Shown piece after piece: positions 62,232-64,000 of a stretch of DNA of 64,000 nucleotides. The number at the start of each line of letters is the position of its first letter. The stretch's first letter is position 1. Position numbers and translations under genes: made by a program. Under the pieces are notes generated by a model. That model worked only from the letters and a program-made list of their open reading frames with translations. It was not told the DNA's origin and searched no databases. Source of the DNA: Candidatus Poribacteria bacterium (GTDB lineage Bacteria; Poribacteria; WGA-4E; JAJDTR01); assembly GCA_965197465.1 (NCBI GenBank), contig OZ240209.1:4288958-4352957 (forward strand). Reading direction: 5' to 3'.

Positions 62232-63200
62232 TTACAGGTTAATCTGCTTTCCTTGGGCGAACGATTCACTCGCCGCCAGCGTAACTTCCACGGTTTTCAG
62301 CCCTTCGGAATAAGGAGCGAGAATCTCCGACGAATCTCCGCTCTTGACGGCGTCAATAAAGACTCGATCCTCGCGCACAGAGCCGTTGACATCATTGTCG
62401 ATCGATTGGGTTTCCCCGGCGCGATTGACAGCGGTGTCACCGGAATTGACTTCGACGACGAGTCCGCGGCAGTGCACCTCAAGCTTTACCCTACCCCACC
62501 CTTCCAGCATGCAGGCGGAGGTTATGTTTGCAACGGCGCCATTGGCAAATTTAAGATTGACAACACTCATATCGTCAACATCGTAGTTTGGTACGTCGGT
62601 CATGCTGCCTTGGGCAGCGAATCCGTGCACGGCGACGACATCACTCCCGACGAGATAGCGGCACAGATCGAAGATGTGGGTCGTCTGCTCAACGTGTTGT
62701 CCGCCCGACTCGGCGCGAACACGCCACCACGGAACTCCCGGCATACCGCCCATCCAGTAGCCTAGCGCGCCCACTACGCTTGCGCCTTCAAGAGCGGCTT
62801 TTGCTTTGCGCGTGTGACCCTGATAACGCCAATGATAGCCGACGCTGGTAATAATGCCGCTGCTTTGCACGGCTTCGTGAATCTCTTGTGCCACGTCCCT
62901 ACAAGTGCCGACCGGCTTCTCAATAAAAAATGGAATGCATTTTTCGCACGCAATCAACTCCTGTTCCCCATGCACGAAGGGGGGAGTACAGATGTATACG
63001 GCGTCCAACTCCTCTTTGTCATACATCTCTTTGTAGTCGGTGTAAGGGGTGCCGCCATATTTTTGTGAGGCGTCGTTAGCCCGCTCCTCCGAGATGTCGC
63101 ACATGGCGGCAAATTCGACATCGTCAAATCCCGCCAGATTCCTCATGTGGCCGCCTGCCCTTCCGCCAACGCCGATCTCGCCAATTTTTACTATATCCAT
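62232..63200 (-). CDS. Gfo/Idh/MocA family oxidoreductase
   Basis: Rossmann GVGG, ICTPPFVH, EKP and SGGQ..EQTTH.FD motifs. Confidence 0.92.
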   Translation of the reverse strand: MDIVKIGEIGVGGRAGGHMRNLAGFDDVEFAAMCDISEERANDASQKYGGTPYTDYKEMYDKEELDAVYICTPPFVHGEQELIACEKCIPFFIEKPVGTCRDVAQEIHEAVQSSGIITSVGYHWRYQGHTRKAKAALEGASVVGALGYWMGGMPGVPWWRVRAESGGQHVEQTTHIFDLCRYLVGSDVVAVHGFAAQGSMTDVPNYDVDDMSVVNLKFANGAVANITSACMLEGWGRVKLEVHCRGLVVEVNSGDTAVNRAGETQSIDNDVNGSVREDRVFIDAVKSGDSSEILAPYSEGLKTVEVTLAASESFAQGKQINL

Positions 63201-63243
63201 TTTTTCCTCCGTTAATTCCGACTCTTGCGCATCGCGAATCAAA

Positions 63244-63406
63244 TAGGTCTTACGCAGTTGAACTCCCCGACGCCTCGTAATGGCGATTCATTATGCGTAA
63301 TGGGATTTGCTATCGCCCTCGCTGTTCACTCGGTTGATCGATAGAACTCCCATTACTTAACATCCTTATCTTATTCTATGAATCGGGGCAACCTGAGTAA
63401 GTTCTA
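63244..63406. mobile_element. TAGGACTTACGCA-type MITE carrying nested mini-elements (63302-63351)
   Basis: TAGGTCTTACGCAG...CTGAGTAAGTTCTA termini; reverse copy GATCAACCGAGTGAACAGCGAGGGCGATAGCAAATCCC abutting a forward 3' tail. Confidence 0.65.
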
Positions 63407-63418
63407 AAAAAGTCAGTT

Positions 63419-64000
63419 CTAAAGCCACTGTTTCATGTACGTTGCCGATTTCGGGAGCTCAATTTCGCGGGGCCCCGGGATGGCGCATTCCAACGCCATG
63501 TAGTCCTGATAGCCGATTCGTCTCAACGCTGCAAATCCGTCAGCGAAATCTGTGTGTCCGTATCCCGGAAGTTCGCGGGTGCTGTCCGCCAGATGGACGT
63601 GCCTGATGTACTCGCCCGCCGCCTCAATGCTCTCCGGAATGTTTCTCTCCTCAAGGCTCATGTGAAAGAAGTCCGCCATAATCGCAACGTTGGGACTGCC
63701 TACCCGCTTGCAGATTTCAACCCCGTTGTTGAGGGTTTTGATAAAGTGCGTTTCATAGCGATTGAGGGGTTCAAGCAGCACAATAGACCCGACCTCCTCG
63801 GCATAGCCACCGAGATCCTTCAGAATTTCAACGAGAAGTTCGGTTTCAAGTTCTGCGGTAGATTTGTACGGGCTTAAGTCACTGATGCGCGGCGCGCCAA
63901 AAATGGGCACCATAATCAGCCCGACAGCGCCGATCGCCGCCCCAACCTTCAGCAGAGATCTGATTCCCGAGATCGCAAGCTCTCGTTGCTCGGGATCGCT
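63419..64000 (-). CDS. Sugar phosphate isomerase/epimerase (TIM barrel), 5' end outside the window
   Basis: LEPLNRYE, DFFHM, HVHLADS..PG.G..DF and ALEC motifs. Confidence 0.9.
   Translation of the reverse strand, partial: SDPEQRELAISGIRSLLKVGAAIGAVGLIMVPIFGAPRISDLSPYKSTAELETELLVEILKDLGGYAEEVGSIVLLEPLNRYETHFIKTLNNGVEICKRVGSPNVAIMADFFHMSLEERNIPESIEAAGEYIRHVHLADSTRELPGYGHTDFADGFAALRRIGYQDYMALECAIPGPREIELPKSATYMKQWL

Overview
A 64 kb bacterial window, most likely from Candidatus Poribacteria or a relative. This is inferred from many signal-peptide proteins ending in an FlgD-Ig/'T9SS type A sorting'-like LLPNYPNPFNPETWIPY domain or a TTWGxIK tail, a cohesin-dockerin fusion and a PhyH dioxygenase. 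The left half and the far right hold scattered housekeeping genes (trpDC, lpxL-like, ctpA, xdhC, nuoI, guaB, ABC exporter, gamma-CA, glmL-like, sodC, uxuA, glyA, folC, hppA, ilvD, rlmB, radC). From 36 to 60 kb lies an accessory block of secreted beta-propeller genes (six WD40-FlgD paralogues, two PD40/TolB-like genes) with two paralogous sigma54 promoters. No rRNA, tRNA, CRISPR, transposase or reverse transcriptase was seen. The intergenic DNA is packed with nested small mobile elements: GTAG-type REPs, a MITE family with 13-bp TIRs and 8-bp target duplications, and the main find, a ~37-nt non-palindromic element (consensus GATCAAnYGAnYGRAYAnnGAnnGCGATAG(a/t)RATCCC). That element has over 20 full or partial copies. 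Its variable positions covary almost perfectly into a strand-specific hairpin (two pairs, tandem G-A/A-G, two pairs, GRAYA loop). It inserts mostly at C^G sites inside REPs and inside itself without target duplication.
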